NCBI RefSeq assembly: GCF_009914755.1
Contig: NC_060927.1
DNA: 64,000 nucleotides
Direction: 5' to 3' (one strand)
From: the human T2T-CHM13v2.0 reference genome, Homo sapiens
The position numbers and the translations under genes are program-made. Shown here piece after piece: positions 14,917-29,511 of the stretch. Numbering within the stretch: position 1 is the stretch's first letter; the number at the start of each line of letters is the position of its first letter. The notes under the pieces are model-generated. The model was not told the origin of the DNA and searched no databases. It was given only the letters and a program-made list of their open reading frames with translations.

Positions 14917-15660
14917 TGTGGTAACAAGTTTCTTGCAAATTTCAATCAGCTTTGTGAAAGTGCAACTAAGAGAGCCTCAACTCAGATCCATATCCCACAC
15001 TCTTAGTTCCTGCCCTGGGGCTTCTCTGACTCTGTGGTACCAGGTACCCACAGGAAGCTATCCAGCACTCAAGCATGTGCAAACTGGAGAAGGGAAGTAG
15101 TTAATCTCTTTGGGTTACACTTGATTAACAGGTGACATGAGCTAGTGGATTAAATACCTCTGCTTTTTGTCCACAAGGGACCTGCTGTATTGAGTATTAA
15201 CCACCCCTAGTATTGAATTATTGTACTGGTCTTCCTTCCTGTCTCTCTTTCCTGGTACCTGAATCATTCTCTCCATATTGTATTTGCATGCAAGCAACTA
15301 CCTTAGTATCTCCCTGGAGAAACCCAAGCTATGACAGCAGGTACCAGAATTGGCCCAAGAAAGTAGACCTTCCAAATGGATTTTGCAGCTGGATCACCTG
15401 TGGGCATATGGTGAGTGTGGTAAGAATTAGTGAAGGAATTACTGTGGCCTGTGCTAGGACACTGGTTACTAAGAATCTCCTGAGTGGATCAGAAAGAGGT
15501 GCACGTGAAAGAATCAGCAATGAGTTCTGAAGTAGTCATGATACTTAAATAGTGTGGAAGCAATCACAGTTGTAAGAATTGAGTAGCAGTTTTGGAAATC
15601 TTGAAAAAACAAATGACGACCTAAGACAATAACAAGTTCAATAAATGTCTCTGTCCAATG
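14917..15660 (+). mobile_element. ERVL-class LTR (LTR16-like, ~14917-15336) plus start of internal sequence
   Basis: TG...AAACCCAAGCTATGACA end, then GGTACCAGAATTGG...GCTGGATCACC as in HERV16-type internal leaders. Confidence 0.55.
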
Positions 15661-15724
15661 CTAGACTAAAATATCCACCCATGTATATATAACATTGTTT
15701 TTTTCCCTTTCACTTTGCTTATTT

Positions 15725-16840
15725 GTTTGTTTTTATTGTAAAATATTTTATATACATAAAAAATGACGTAAAACATACGCATACAGGTGTGACAATAGCT
15801 AAATAGTGAATGACTATAGCACCACTTACTAAGTAAAGACACAAAAGATGATGAGCTCCTTAGAAGCCCTTGTACCATGTACATAATGTGGTACTTACGT
15901 CTTATCTCCTGCCAATAACCCGCTCCCCCAACTCTAAGTAAACCTGCCCTGCCTTTTATGGAAATTATTTCCTTGCTTTTCTTTTTAATTTTACTAGTCA
16001 TTATGCTTCCCTAAGCAAATAAACTTTAATTATGTTTGTTCTTGAAATCCATTGTTTAGCAACATAATATTTCAGAGATTTATCCAGTGCTTGTTGATAT
16101 TCTTCCAGCAGACCTATACGAGTTGTCAATATCTGGCATATTTTCTGTTTGTTCCAAGCCAATGCCATACCAATGATTAAATATTTGTAATATAGACTCC
16201 TGGACTCATCCATATAGTTTTGTGTAGCTATAGCTCATCTCTTTTCATTGTTATTTAGTGTTCCATTCTATGAGCACAGCACAATTTATATGTTTCCTGT
16301 ATTGTGATGGACATTTTGGTTATTCTTGTTTGGAGGCATCATGCACAATGCTGCTACCGACTTCCTTGTACTGTATTGTGGTACAAATGTATAGGAATTT
16401 CTCTAGGGTATATATCTAGTGCTGTCTTAGGGTTTACATATCTTCAACTTTAATGGATCATGTTAAATCATTTTCAAAATGTAGTTTGCATCCCTACCAA
16501 CAATATATGAGAGTTCTCAGTTCCATGTGCTCACGAACATATGGCATTGTCAGACAGTGTAATTTTTGTTGATCCAGTGGTTATATATTGATGATCACAC
16601 TGTAATTTTCATATTTATCTTCCAAGTTGCCAGTGAGGTGAGCAGATTTTAGTTTGTTTATTGGCCATTTGGCTTTCTTTTTTCATGAAGGGTCCATTTA
16701 ATTATGCTGTACATTTTAAAAATTAGGCAGTCTGTAATTTTCTTATTTACTTGGAGGACTTCCTTATTTATGAGTTGCAAATACATTCTCCCACTCTGTG
16801 GCATGTCTTTTTACTCGTGACTTTGGTTAACTTTTTGCTG
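15725..16840 (-). mobile_element. L1ME-like 3' fragment
   Basis: GATGGACATTTTGG, TTTCTCTAGGGTATATATCTAG, CCCTACCAACAATATATGAGAGTTC are L1 antisense motifs. Confidence 0.7.
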
Positions 16841-18589
16841 AAATACTTAATGCCAGAGCTAGCATCAATGACTGTATGTATTAATTTTTTTCTCACTTAC
16901 AATGCAGACATTATTCTTATTTTGAAAGAATTGCACACCTAAGGGTCAGCTTACCTGCAGGATGAATAATGAGTCCTTGGCTTAATAGTCTTCATAAACG
17001 CTGAATGATGAGATTAGTGAGGAAAATAGATTGAAACGATCTTTTGTCCGTGATTTAATTTCACATTGCTTCTCTGGAAAGGAATAAATATGCAATTGCT
17101 TATGAAATGCTGTGCATGTGTGTGTGGGTTTTATGTTACTGGCTTACCTTTGGAGGACAGAAATAATCTATTGTGCCTAAAAACATGTATGCTTCATTAT
17201 TTGGTCTTATTTTTCTGTTTCCTAAAGGGAAATAACTGAGTCCTTTGGAGCTGAAAATGAAAAACTGAGTAGCTGGTGGAAGAAGCGAGATGGGTTTGGA
17301 ACTCACAGGCTATGTTTCTGGATGCATCACATTTGCAAGAGGGAAGTTTTGGTGTCCCTGTGGGTATATTAGCACTCCTTTACTCCATTTCTCTGTAGCT
17401 ACTCAAGCAAGTGACAAGTAAGTATGTTGAGACCACATGTGACATATAAATTACAAGTTCTCCTGCCCCTCTAAAAGTTTATTCAGCATCAACCTTTGCA
17501 CCAACACACTAAGGCATAATAGCTGATAATTTATGAGTGTAATTTGAAGGAAGCAATTCTGTTTTGTGATTATGGTAGTAAATAAAAGATTCAAATCCTC
17601 ATTGACACACCATGAAATTCAGCTTTACTTTTTTTTTTTTAACCTTGATATTGTTTATGGAAAGAAGGCTGCAGAGTCCAAGAAAGGTGACAGATATGAA
17701 GAAATGCAGTGGTTGCAAAGGACAAAGACAATGGCAACACAAATAAAAGAAATTATGAGAAGGAAATAAATGTGAGTAAGTTCAAATTTTAGAATGCTTT
17801 TATTTATTTCACTTGTGAGGGAAAGGGCTTTGGAAAATGAAGGTATGTCATATAGTTTGGCAATATAATGGATAGGAGAAATGATAGACTGATGAGAGCC
17901 TAGAGGGAAGACTTGGATGGAAATTACTTTATGATTTCATGATTAAGATACTTTGAAGAAGTATTCACTTTCTTGATAGATGAGATATACTGGTGTGAGC
18001 CAAGGGATTCACTGGAGTCTCTCTCTCTCAGTAAAATATCTGCCCTGCAGACTGCTATGGCAGCCACAATTGGGCAGCAGTTAATTATACTTTTCCTTGG
18101 GAATTTAAAAATAGGTATCTTTCCAATTATTCTTTTAGGTTAGAACTCAAGCAGCAATGATAAAACCTTTGTGGATATGAAAGGGTGTGCAAATACTGAG
18201 ATTGCCAACTGGATCCCTTCAAAGTTTCCATTAGCCAGAGGTCTGGATTCCAGTTCAGATCAATTTAGAGATCAAGTGAGATGAATGTGAATTTTTATCC
18301 ACAGATGATAGCATGATCTGAAGTGGAAACTAGGGGTACATACATCTTAACAAGTGTGTTAGGCTCAGAAGCTGAATAATTTGTGACTTTGGTGAAAATA
18401 GTCAGAATTCCATTTTAGTAGCACTACATTTTATTTCTACATAAGAATTCAGCATAAGTGGTAATAATAATGATTTTGTTACATGATATTCCTGCTAAGA
18501 TTAATATTTGGTTTAACTTAGTTGCTCTATGGTAAAGCAATACCCTGCATGAAGGTTTGTTCACTAAATATTTGTTTTGGCAAGTATTA

Positions 18590-18656
18590 CATAATAATAA
18601 TTTGCATCTATCCAGAATTATTTTTATTTTATCATAAGCTTTAACATACTAGCTCA
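18590..18656 (-). mobile_element. MIR, left part (interrupted by the HERV-W retrocopy)
   Basis: AAGCTTTAACATACTAGCTCA joins across the TSD to the MIR at 23941. Confidence 0.5.
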
Positions 18657-18679
18657 GTTTTTTTTTCTTTTTTTTTTTT

Positions 18680-19003
18680 GCAGTTGCAAGATTTAATAGT
18701 GTGAAAACAGAGCTCCCATACAAAGGGAGGGGATCCAAAGAGGGTAGCCGTTGATGGTTCAAATGCCTGGGTTTATATTCTGATCATTTTCCCTCTCGCT
18801 GTGCTGTCAGGTGATAGATGATTGGCTATTTCTTTACCTCCTGTTTTTGCCTAATTAGCATTTTAGCGAGCTGTCTTTACTACCTGATTTGTTGGCGTGC
18901 TCTAAGTTGCAAGCCCCGTGTTTAAAGGTGGATGCGGTCACCTTCCCAGCTAGGCTTAGGGATTCTTAGTTGGCCTAGGAAATCCAGCTAGTCCTGTCTC
19001 TCA
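18680..19003 (-). mobile_element. LTR17 3' copy, U3-R only
   Basis: Starts TGAGAGACAGGACTAGCTGGATTTCC at 19003; PPT 19004-19018; TATAAA 18772-18777; ATTAAA 18692-18697; ends at the poly(A). Confidence 0.92.
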
Positions 19004-19061
19004 GTACCCTCTCTCAACAGGAAAACCCAAGTGCTGTTGGGGAAGTCGACTGATGTCTGCA

Positions 19062-19324
19062 CTAACTGCTTCCTGCTGAATTGGGGCATAGTAGGGGTTG
19101 TGCAGTTCAGATTTCCTCGGGAGGGGTGCCTTCGATGTCATTAACATCAGAGCATGGGCTAGCAGGCTGGTCCAGGGGTCTGCGGTAGATCTTAGTCATG
19201 GACTGCATCTGGGGCTCCATTTGAAGAACGATTTGTAGTTTTACAGCTTTGATTCTGGAAGAGACAAAGTTATCAAGGAGATTAAAAATAGAGGGATTGA
19301 AATGTATGGCCTACAGTGCAGGGG
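19062..19324 (-). pseudogene. HERV-W env remnants (SU island plus TM cytoplasmic tail)
   Basis: PLHCRPYISIP, then in another frame PSIFNLLDNFVSSRIKAVKLQIVLQMEPQMQSMTKIYRRPLDQPASPCSDVNDIEGTPPEEI*, homologous to the syncytin-1 tail. Confidence 0.9.
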
Positions 19325-21919
19325 ATTATTTCTTTGGCACACTTCACAGGCCCTGACTATCTGCTTGATAGTTTTGAAAAGGTCTGGTCCAGTAAATAAT
19401 AGTTTGGTCATCTGATGGGTGCTGTCAATGCCTAAGTGAAAGGTTTGGTGAAGGGTTTTAAGTAATTTCCATTGGTTAGCTGCAAGCAAAAGTATTTTTC
19501 CTTCTTTGGTGGCTAGCCATCCTGAGGGGAGGAAACTATGTCTTCATGAGGTTCCCATTCTATTTCTTCTGCTGAGTATTGGGGCTTGGTTTCCCAGAGG
19601 GGATTACCCCATACTAGGGGTCCTTCTATAAGCATTTCTAATGGAGAGTCCTGCCTTGCGGCTTTTTTTGCTTCAATATCCGCTTGGCGATTGCCTTCTA
19701 TTTCCCTTTCCTCTTCTTTCTGATGACCCTGGCAGTGTAAGACTGCCACCTCTTTAGGTTTCTGTACAGCCAATAATAATCTCCTAATGGCTTCCTGATG
19801 GTTGATAGGTGTTCCCTCAGAAGTTAGGAATTCCCTCTCTCTCCATATTGCTGCATGGGCATGGAGGACTAGGTAAGCATACTTAGAGTCTGAATATATA
19901 TTTACCCTTTTTCCTTCTCCTAATTCTAGTGCCCAAGTGAGGGCTATTAGTTCTGCCAGGTGAGCACTAGTTCCTGGAGTGAGGCGATTACTTTCAAGTA
20001 TTCCATTATCACTGATCACTGCATACCCCGCTTTTCAAAGTCCTTTTTCTGCCAAGGAACTTCCATCAGTATACAAGTTGAGGTCGGGATCAGTCAAGGG
20101 AACCTCTAGAAGGTCCCCTCGAGCAGCATAGGTTTGAGCAATTACTTGTTGACAGTTATGTTCTATCTTTTCTTCATTGTCTGGAAGAAATGTGGCTGGG
20201 TTAAGAGTTGCACAAATGTGCAGTCGCAGCACTGGCACTTCAAGTAATAGAACCTGCTATTTAAGTAAATGGTTGTCTGACAGCCACAAGTCTTCTTTAG
20301 CAGTGAGTATGCCGTTCACATCATGAGATGTCCACACAGTAAGATCTCTTCCCTGTATTATTTTAACTGTTTCAGAAACTAAGACTGCTACTGCTGCCCC
20401 TACCTGTAAACAATGAGGCCAACCCTTTGCCACTACATCAGTTTCCTTACTCAGGTATGCCACAGGTTGCAAGCTTGTCCCTTGGACCTGTGTAAGGACT
20501 CCTAGAGCTATTCCTGTTTTTCTGTGACATATAAAGAAAAGTCTTGCCCCGTTGGCAAGCTTAACACTGGGGCTTGGGTTAGGGATTTCTTTAGGGCCTG
20601 GAAAGCTGCTTCTGCTTCTGGTGTCCATCTTACTAAATGGGTATTGGCTTTCTGAGTTTCCTTAATTAGTGTATATAATGGCTTGGCTATTTCGCCATAC
20701 CTGGGAATCCATATTTGGCAGAAGCCTGTTATGCCAAGGAACACTCTTAGTTGCTTTAGGGTTTTGGGATGAGGATAAGCCAGTATGGGCTGGATACATT
20801 CCTCACTGAGGGCCCTGATGCCTTTGGATAATTTTAGCCCTAAGTATTTAACCTACTGTGAGCAGAGCTGAGCTTTTGGTTTGGAAACCTTGTAGCCACA
20901 GGTGGCAAGGAAATTTAAGAGCGCTTGGGTGGCTTGATGGCACAAGGTTTCTGAATGGGTGGCTAAAAGTAAATCATCCACGTACCAAAGGACAAGAGTG
21001 TCCAGGTACAAGAACTGGCTCAAGTCTTGGGCTAATGCCTGGCCAAATAGATGGGGGCTATCCCTGAACCCTTGGGGTAAAACAGTCCAGGTGAGTTGAG
21101 ATGTTGGGTTTGAAGGATCTTCAAAGGCAAACAAGAATTGAGAGTTAGGATGTACAGGGATGCAGAAAAAGGCATCCTTAAGGTCCAGGAGTATAAACCA
21201 CTTTGCTTCCTCAGGTTTTTGGGAAATCAGAGTATAAGGGTTAGGTACAGCTGGGTATAGAGGAACAACAGCCTCATTGATAATCTTGAGATCTTGCCTA
21301 ACCTCCACTGCCCATTGGGTTTCTGTACTCCTAAAATTGGAGTATTGCAGGGGCTACTGCATGGTCTTACTAGGCCTTGGGCTTTTAGGTCCTTAGCAAT
21401 CTTTTGGAGTCCTTGTTGGGCCTCAGGTCTAAGCGGGTACTGCCTTTGGTAGGGAAAGGAGGCAGAATCCTTTAGTTTAATTGGAAGAAGACAGGCATTC
21501 TTTGCTCTTCCATATTGTCCTTCTGTTGTCCAGACTTCAGGATTAATTCCTTCCTCAAGCAGGGGACAACAAACGGGTGTTTCTTCTCCTATGTTCAGGT
21601 GTATAATGGCCCCTGTTTTTGCTAGAATATCTCTCCCTAACAAGGGAGTGGGGCTTTCAGGCATAATTAGAAAAGCATGTGAAAAGAGTAAAGTTCCCCA
21701 GTCACAATTTAGTAGACAAGAGAAGCAACTAGTGACTGGCTGTCCTAGGACCCCTTAGATAGTGACAGATCAGGAGGACAGTTGTCCAGGACAGGAGAGT
21801 AAGATTGAGAAGGCTGCACCAGGGTCCAGGAGACAGTTAACCTCCTGGCCCTCAATGGTCAAGCATACTTGGGGCTCTGTGAGGGTGATGGCATGGGCTG
21901 GCACTTGCCCCAGGCACCC
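19325..21919 (-). pseudogene. HERV-W pro-pol pseudogene (PR, RT, RNase H, integrase N-terminus), with multiple stops and frameshifts
   Basis: PR LDPGAA (catalytic DTG changed to DPG); RT LDLKDAFF, LPQGFRDSP, YVDD (20973-20984); RNase H YTDGSS, AELIAL, YSDSKY; IN HHCC HQTFH..CEVC. Confidence 0.93.
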
Positions 21920-24105
<2,186 letters not shown>

Positions 24106-24224
24106 ATTTTCCCACAGAGCATGATGTTAGTAATAATAAGCAGTAGCTAATAAGCTACTATGGCCATGTTAAAGATGGATTATCAAGTACATATTATTTA
24201 TCTGTGCCTAATAAATACTCAATA

Positions 24225-24548
24225 CAATCATCCGTTGGTATTTATGGGTATTGGTTCCAAAATCCCTGTGGATATCAAAATCCTCAGATGCTCAAGTTCC
24301 TGATATAAAAATGGCACAGTATTTGCATATAACCTATACATATTCTCCCTTTTACTTTAAATCATCGCTAGATTACTTATAATGTCTAATACAATGTGAA
24401 TGCTATGTAAATAGATGTCATACTGTATTGTTTTTTAAATTGTACTTTTATTGTCAACTGTCATTTTTTATTGTTTTATTTCAAATATTTTTGATCCATG
24501 GTTGGTTGAACTCTCAGATGCAAAACCTTTGGAAACAGAAGGAATTGT
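24225..24548. mobile_element. MER2 (TcMar-Tigger) DNA transposon
   Basis: TA|CAATCATCC start, GATGCTCAAGTTCCTGATATAAAATGG, GATCCATGGTTGGTTGAA. Confidence 0.8.
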
Positions 24549-26150
24549 CTTCTCATGTGATACTTCACTGCCTCCATCTGGGACCTCTCTTCCATTTCCA
24601 GTTTGATCTCTAATCCCTGATTTTCCAATTCTGCCTTCCGTTCTGCCAGCCACTCACACTCAGATAGCAGTCAAACTTAACTCTCCCTGAAGGTTGTGTA
24701 ATAAAATTTCTTCAAGGAGTACTTACATTTAACAGGAACCTAAGAGACCCTTCAAGACACTAATTTCCTGTGAGTTTGTCAGAGGGATTTGTCAAGCGCC
24801 ACTCACATCACAAAATTTATGAAGACAAACCCTGGAACAGAATTATTTCACACCTATGAATCAGGTGAAAAGAAGGGACTGATAGCTCTTTCTTCCTTCT
24901 TCTCAAGTTAAATGTATATGTTTGTAGCCTGACGGAAATGAAAGCCCGTGAGATTTGGAGATGGAGGCCAAGCTCTGCCTTTCACTAAGCTGGGCGACCA
25001 TTTTTGCTTTTATTTTCTTGTATAAAATAATGTTGCATTATTGCCTACTTTGCACAGTTGTTGTGAATGCCAAGAATAATCCCAAGTCGAACATGGTGGA
25101 AGTGTACATGTTTCCTTTTCCTTTTCAATTAATGTCCTTGTTTGACCTATCCAGAAGTACATCCTTTAGGTGGCATTTAATGGAATCTTTGTGTATCTGA
25201 TAGGAAGAAGTGTCAGTACCTCAGCAACACTAGTCCTGAGTGATATTTATTGACAGGTACTGTGAGCTAGAAATGAATGGTATGAAGTGTTTTACATATA
25301 TCATTTAGTCTGCTGTACACCCTGTAATGACTGTCTGCTAGAGAAGGAAGCAAGTCTAGAGTGTTAAATAATTTGCTCTCTGTCACTCAGCCAAGAACTG
25401 GATCTTGAACTCAGATTGTCTTACTCCAAAGCCCAGAACTTGTTAATCCTAGAGCCGTAGTAGTGGAGAGTTAGAAAAAGAGCATTTCTGAATATTTTCA
25501 GGATTTTATGATAATGAAATGAAATATCATCTCTTTCTCTCATGATCTTAGGGAAGACTTAAAGGTAGCTATTTGTTGGAAGATCTGCATCATATTACCT
25601 ATCCACAAACATGAAAAACATTGTCCACAACTGATGTTTGAAATTTCACTTGAGATTAATTGGCTGATGTTTCCTAATGTAAATTAATATTAGAGGAAAT
25701 TGTTAGGGCTTTGAATTTATCTTAAACATACAAATTCAGTTATTTTGATTTCAAGAATTATTTTCCCCTTTTCATGTTCACTAAAAATAATCTTAGTTGT
25801 GGGAAAGAGATTTAGAAAAAAAAATGAGAGTGACTAAATCCCTTTTTAATACTCTGCAGAATTTACAGCATATGATAAAACTGTTTTTCTTTTCTGAACA
25901 GAAAAAGTGTGGCTAATGTAGAAGCCTCTTACCATTTGATTTGCTCAAATGCCTTCTGTATTTGTATTTTTTCCTTTATAAAAAATAAAGAAGAAAATCT
26001 CAGGGAAAAGCTCTTTCCTAGGACATTATTTTGGAGATTGGTTTCTTTCTCTGGGGGAGTAAAACCTCATTGCCATCTTTCACAGGATAATTTTTTGGAA
26101 TATAAGCAGGAGATTCTAAATTTATTGTCTTGTGCTTTGTTTGGCTTTAG

Positions 26151-26810
26151 ATTAAAAAAAAAACCCAAACGTTTGTTGATGTAAACTGAAAATAAATTTG
26201 GAATGAGCTGTGTGCACTTGGAAATGAGAAGGTGAGTTTGCCAGTTATGAATTGCATATGTATATATGTGTGTGTGTAGTATATGGATATGCATAATATG
26301 TAAGTATTTATGTTTGGTAGTATGTATATGTTGGAAGTACATGTTAAATTATTTAAATAGAAGGGTTTTGGACAGACAAGGGAATTATTAAGGACAAATG
26401 AGAATTTTTAAATTTACTTTGGGATTTTGAGAGAAAAATACTTTCTCAGGATAGTTTGGCATACTGAAAAGAGTTTATATTTAAAAAAACTTTGTTGATA
26501 TAAACTGAAAATAAATTTAGAATGAGTTGCACTTGTAAATGAGAAGGTGAGTTTGCCATTTATAAATTGCAAATGTACATGTGTATGTGTTGCATATGAA
26601 TATGCGTAAGTATGTATATATTTATGTTTGGTAATATGTATATTAATGTTGGAGGCAGGTGTTGTTAAGTTATTTAAAGAGAAGGCATTTTAGACAGACA
26701 GATGAGGAGGTTATGAAGGGCAAATGAGAATTTTTAAAATGTACTTTGGGATTTTGAGAGAAAAAGATTTTCTCAGAATAGTTTGGCACAGTCAGAAGGA
26801 TTTGTATATA
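26151..26810. repeat. Old tandem duplication, two ~330-bp units
   Basis: Shared blocks such as AAACTGAAAATAAATTT, AATGAGAAGGTGAGTTTGCCA, TACTTTGGGATTTTGAGAGAAAAA. Confidence 0.92.
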
Positions 26811-26969
26811 TAATTTTAAGCTTGTGAGTTTCTTTTACATACTTTCTGTCTAAAAGCAATACTGTATAAAATGGACAAAAAATGTAAAGTCAAGTAAGCC
26901 TGGTTGTGGGTTGAAACTCAAAAGTGCATTATATCCAAGAAAACAAATAACGACCAGCTTAAAGCCAGG

Positions 26970-26992
26970 GTCTTTCTTTCTTTCTTTCTTTC

Positions 26993-27036
<44 letters not shown>

Positions 27037-27047
27037 TTTTTTTTTTT
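26970..27047. repeat. (TTTC)n plus poly(T)
   Basis: Directly visible. Confidence 0.95.
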
Positions 27048-28309
27048 GTTAATGGATTTGTCAAGGGCAAAGATTGTTTAGGTTTTGCCCTGTGACTGTC
27101 TCACTATATACAACGTGAGAATAATGTAAAACTCTATGGATGAAAGATGGAAGAAATAAGTAGTGAAAGATAATGCTATCTGGAAAAGAAATTTATTATA
27201 TTAGGCAGTTTGTGATTTTACAGTGTTTTAGAGGTTTACCTTCCATGGTAAGGATGCCAGCTCAGAAGGAAACTTATCATTCACTCTTGTATTTTCATCC
27301 TGGAAGAAAATTTTATGTAAGTAATAATACTAGGTGATATGACACAATATTATTCTACTTGAAAAGCAAAGCTAGGAAGGAAAAGTTTTGGCTTTCTTTT
27401 ATAGGACTGTGTCATTTGTTCAATGGCAAATTAATATAAGCCTTTTTCTTGGAAGATTGGGGCAAGTACTTCTAAGATGGAAATGCTGGGACTTTTAAAC
27501 ACTGCTAATATTGTAGTGCTAAATCTATCATTTTCTGCCTAAATAGACAAAATATTGCACTAAACAATACAGCGAACTCCTTTTAAAGCTGAAATTGTTA
27601 TGTGAATTGTTAACTAGAATATGATCATTTCTGAGTGATGTTTCATACCTTTATAAATGTCTTTCATCCTTCATTTACTCATCAGTGCTTTTCAATTCTC
27701 ACTAAATAAGAATTATTTAAAGATTAAGCAACGTACGCAGTTGCTTTTAAATTATCTTAACATTATACAATCTTTGCCACTCTTACCATTGGAAGGCCAT
27801 AAAATAATTTGAATAGAATATGTGACCAACTAAAATGAAGATGATTTTATTATTCATGAAACTTTAACATGAATAGTTTAGAGCCTGAATTTCTCCATTA
27901 TATTAAATTATGGTGCAACATAAAACTGTCAGACTAGGTTGTAGACTCATAGTCCCCATGGAGTTTCCTTATGTTTTCCTTTAAGATTTCCTTCCTCTAA
28001 TACCTATAAATTCAACTTTTGGTTCATGTCTTTCTTCTGATATCCCAAAGCCTTATTCACTGACTTTTTCCTTTCTTTTCGGTTTGATGTTATTTTAGAA
28101 ATAACATTTTTTATAACAACATAAAAATTCAGTAGTGACTAATATGCTAAGTTGATAAACCCTTAAGAGTTAGAATAGATTTTTGGGATAAACCCTTGTG
28201 CAAATGTCTCCCAAGACTACTCTACTTGTGGTCTTTTCAAAGGAGATTTTCCTCTATTCCAGAACTCAGGGAAATGTGACACCTAAATTCCTCCAAAGTA
28301 GATCTGCTG

Positions 28310-28525
28310 CTGTGAAGAATGGTAGTCATGTGCACTGGCCTTGGGATGAGACAGAATTGTAATCTGTCTCTTTCTCGCTAAAGGATCTGGAACATACCTC
28401 TGAGTCTTGGCTTTCTCATCTGCATAATGAGGCTAATTGCACCTCACCAACACAGTTGTTGTGAGGACTACATAATGTCATTCATGAAAAGCACCTAACA
28501 TGGTCCCCAATACACAGTAATCTTA
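28310..28525 (+). mobile_element. MIR
   Basis: CTTTCTCATCTGCATAATGAGG...GTTGTTGTGAGGA...AAAGCACCTAACA. Confidence 0.7.
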
Positions 28526-29511
28526 AGATTTTTATTGTAACTGGATCTGCAGGCTCTTGAACTCAAAAGATCACATCCTTCTTTCCTCTGTTGGACCTAG
28601 AATTATAGACTAGAACCCTAGAAGGGTTTTCTGAAGGGTTATCATAGTTATAGTATTTCAGGTTGGTTCCTTGGTCCCTGTATGGAGGGAAAAACAGTAG
28701 TTGCCTGCTTCCTAATCTTGTCACTTGAGGGGCTAAAAGCAAGAGCCCCTTATACCATATACTAATAAGAAGGCCACATACCATAGTTCTAAATATTTAA
28801 AAGTTATAAAGTAAAGCTAATAAAATTTCCTGTGTAATGTTCTGTGCTCTTAGCTTAATAAATATTCCTTCATAATGACTTAGAATGCCACATTCAAATT
28901 TTAAATGCTCCTTGAATTCCTTGAAAACTCCTTGAAGTCCCATGATGAAACATGGGTGGCTGCAGGCCATGTTTAGATTCATATTATAAAGTATTTATAT
29001 TAAAGTTTCATGAATAATAAAATCATCCTCATTTTAGCTGTTCACACATTCTATTCAAATTATTTCATGGCTTTCCAATGGTAAGAGTGGCAAGGATTGT
29101 ATGATATTAAGATAATTTAAAATATCTCTTTTTCTCTCAAGCTCTGTCCTGCACCATGAAGGGCTTTGTGTGCATCCATGGGTTGCTTCTGCATGCAGAA
29201 TGAGACTGGAACAAAAAAGAACCATTTAAAACACAGGATCCAGGGTAAGGGCTATTTCTGTCTGGCTCTGAAGGGCTGTTGCTGTTATTCTTGGGTGCCA
29301 CCACACCCAAGGCTGACAGCAACTTGTCTCTCTTTAAAACAGTGATTCAGGATTTTAAATTGAAGATTGATCATACAAGCTGGAAGACGTCCCATGACAC
29401 TTTATTTGAAATTGGAACATCAGAATTTGGTTGGGTCTATCTTTTACTAACTCTGTACCATGAAAAAATTATTTAATATTTCTGAACTGTGTAAAGAATA
29501 AAATTAGATTA

